64,000 nt of DNA from the NCBI GenBank assembly GCA_002104905.1, contig MCFE01000038.1, forward strand, positions 124,001 to 188,000, read 5' to 3'. Under the pieces are notes generated by a model. The model was given only the letters and a program-made list of their open reading frames with translations, ran no database searches and was not told the origin of the DNA. A program made the position numbers and the translations under genes. The stretch is from Basidiobolus meristosporus CBS 931.73. Lineage: Eukaryota > Fungi > Basidiobolomycota. Shown piece by piece: positions 63,708-64,000 of this stretch (position 1 is the first letter of the stretch; each line of letters opens with the position of its first letter).

Positions 63708-64000
63708 GATGCTTAGAACCCCTCGGTTTCCGCCCTGGATATATATGAAATTTGCTGATATGAATTGATCAAACATTCCAAATCAACTCGGACACTGGCA
63801 GTCTAATTTTGCCTTGGTTAATGGAATTGGTGCAGAAATAATAAAACTCCATCACTGAAACTAATACTTCAGTTGCCAGGCCCGTTGAATATAACAGACC
63901 AAAAGAAATGCATACCGGATCCATAGTACCGTACAAAAGATTACAAGATGTTGATGGTAACCAGACGGCTGTGGGACTGAGTTATTGTCAATGAGGCAAT

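Overview
Eukaryotic, intron-containing fungal genomic DNA with short (about 55-70 nt) GT-AG introns. The gene content and actin sequence suggest an early-diverging fungus (Zoopagomycota/Mucoromycota; a Basidiobolus-like host is my guess, not proven). The most striking feature is a head-to-head pair of giant, almost intron-free paralogous genes at 1-16.9 kb. The minus-strand copy has at least 2393 codons, runs off the window edge and is missing from the supplied ORF track. The plus-strand copy is about 2727 aa after joining two listed ORFs across a 60-nt intron. Both are built from about 40-aa amphipathic units grouped into a 162-167-aa four-unit super-repeat that I cannot assign to a known family. 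The rest of the window holds conserved fungal genes: an alpha-arrestin, squalene synthase, a bHLH factor, a Rax1-like RGS membrane protein, actin, a lipase, an F-box/LRR protein, MLH3, a Dma1-like FHA-RING ligase, an FHA-forkhead factor, an SLX4-like UBZ protein and a Myb-repeat protein. It also holds a 761-bp foldback element with a perfect 222-bp core and three intronless bacterial-type genes: a stand-alone OvoA-C-terminal-like methyltransferase and two secreted CHAP peptidoglycan-hydrolase paralogs. I saw no rRNA, tRNA or CRISPR array.
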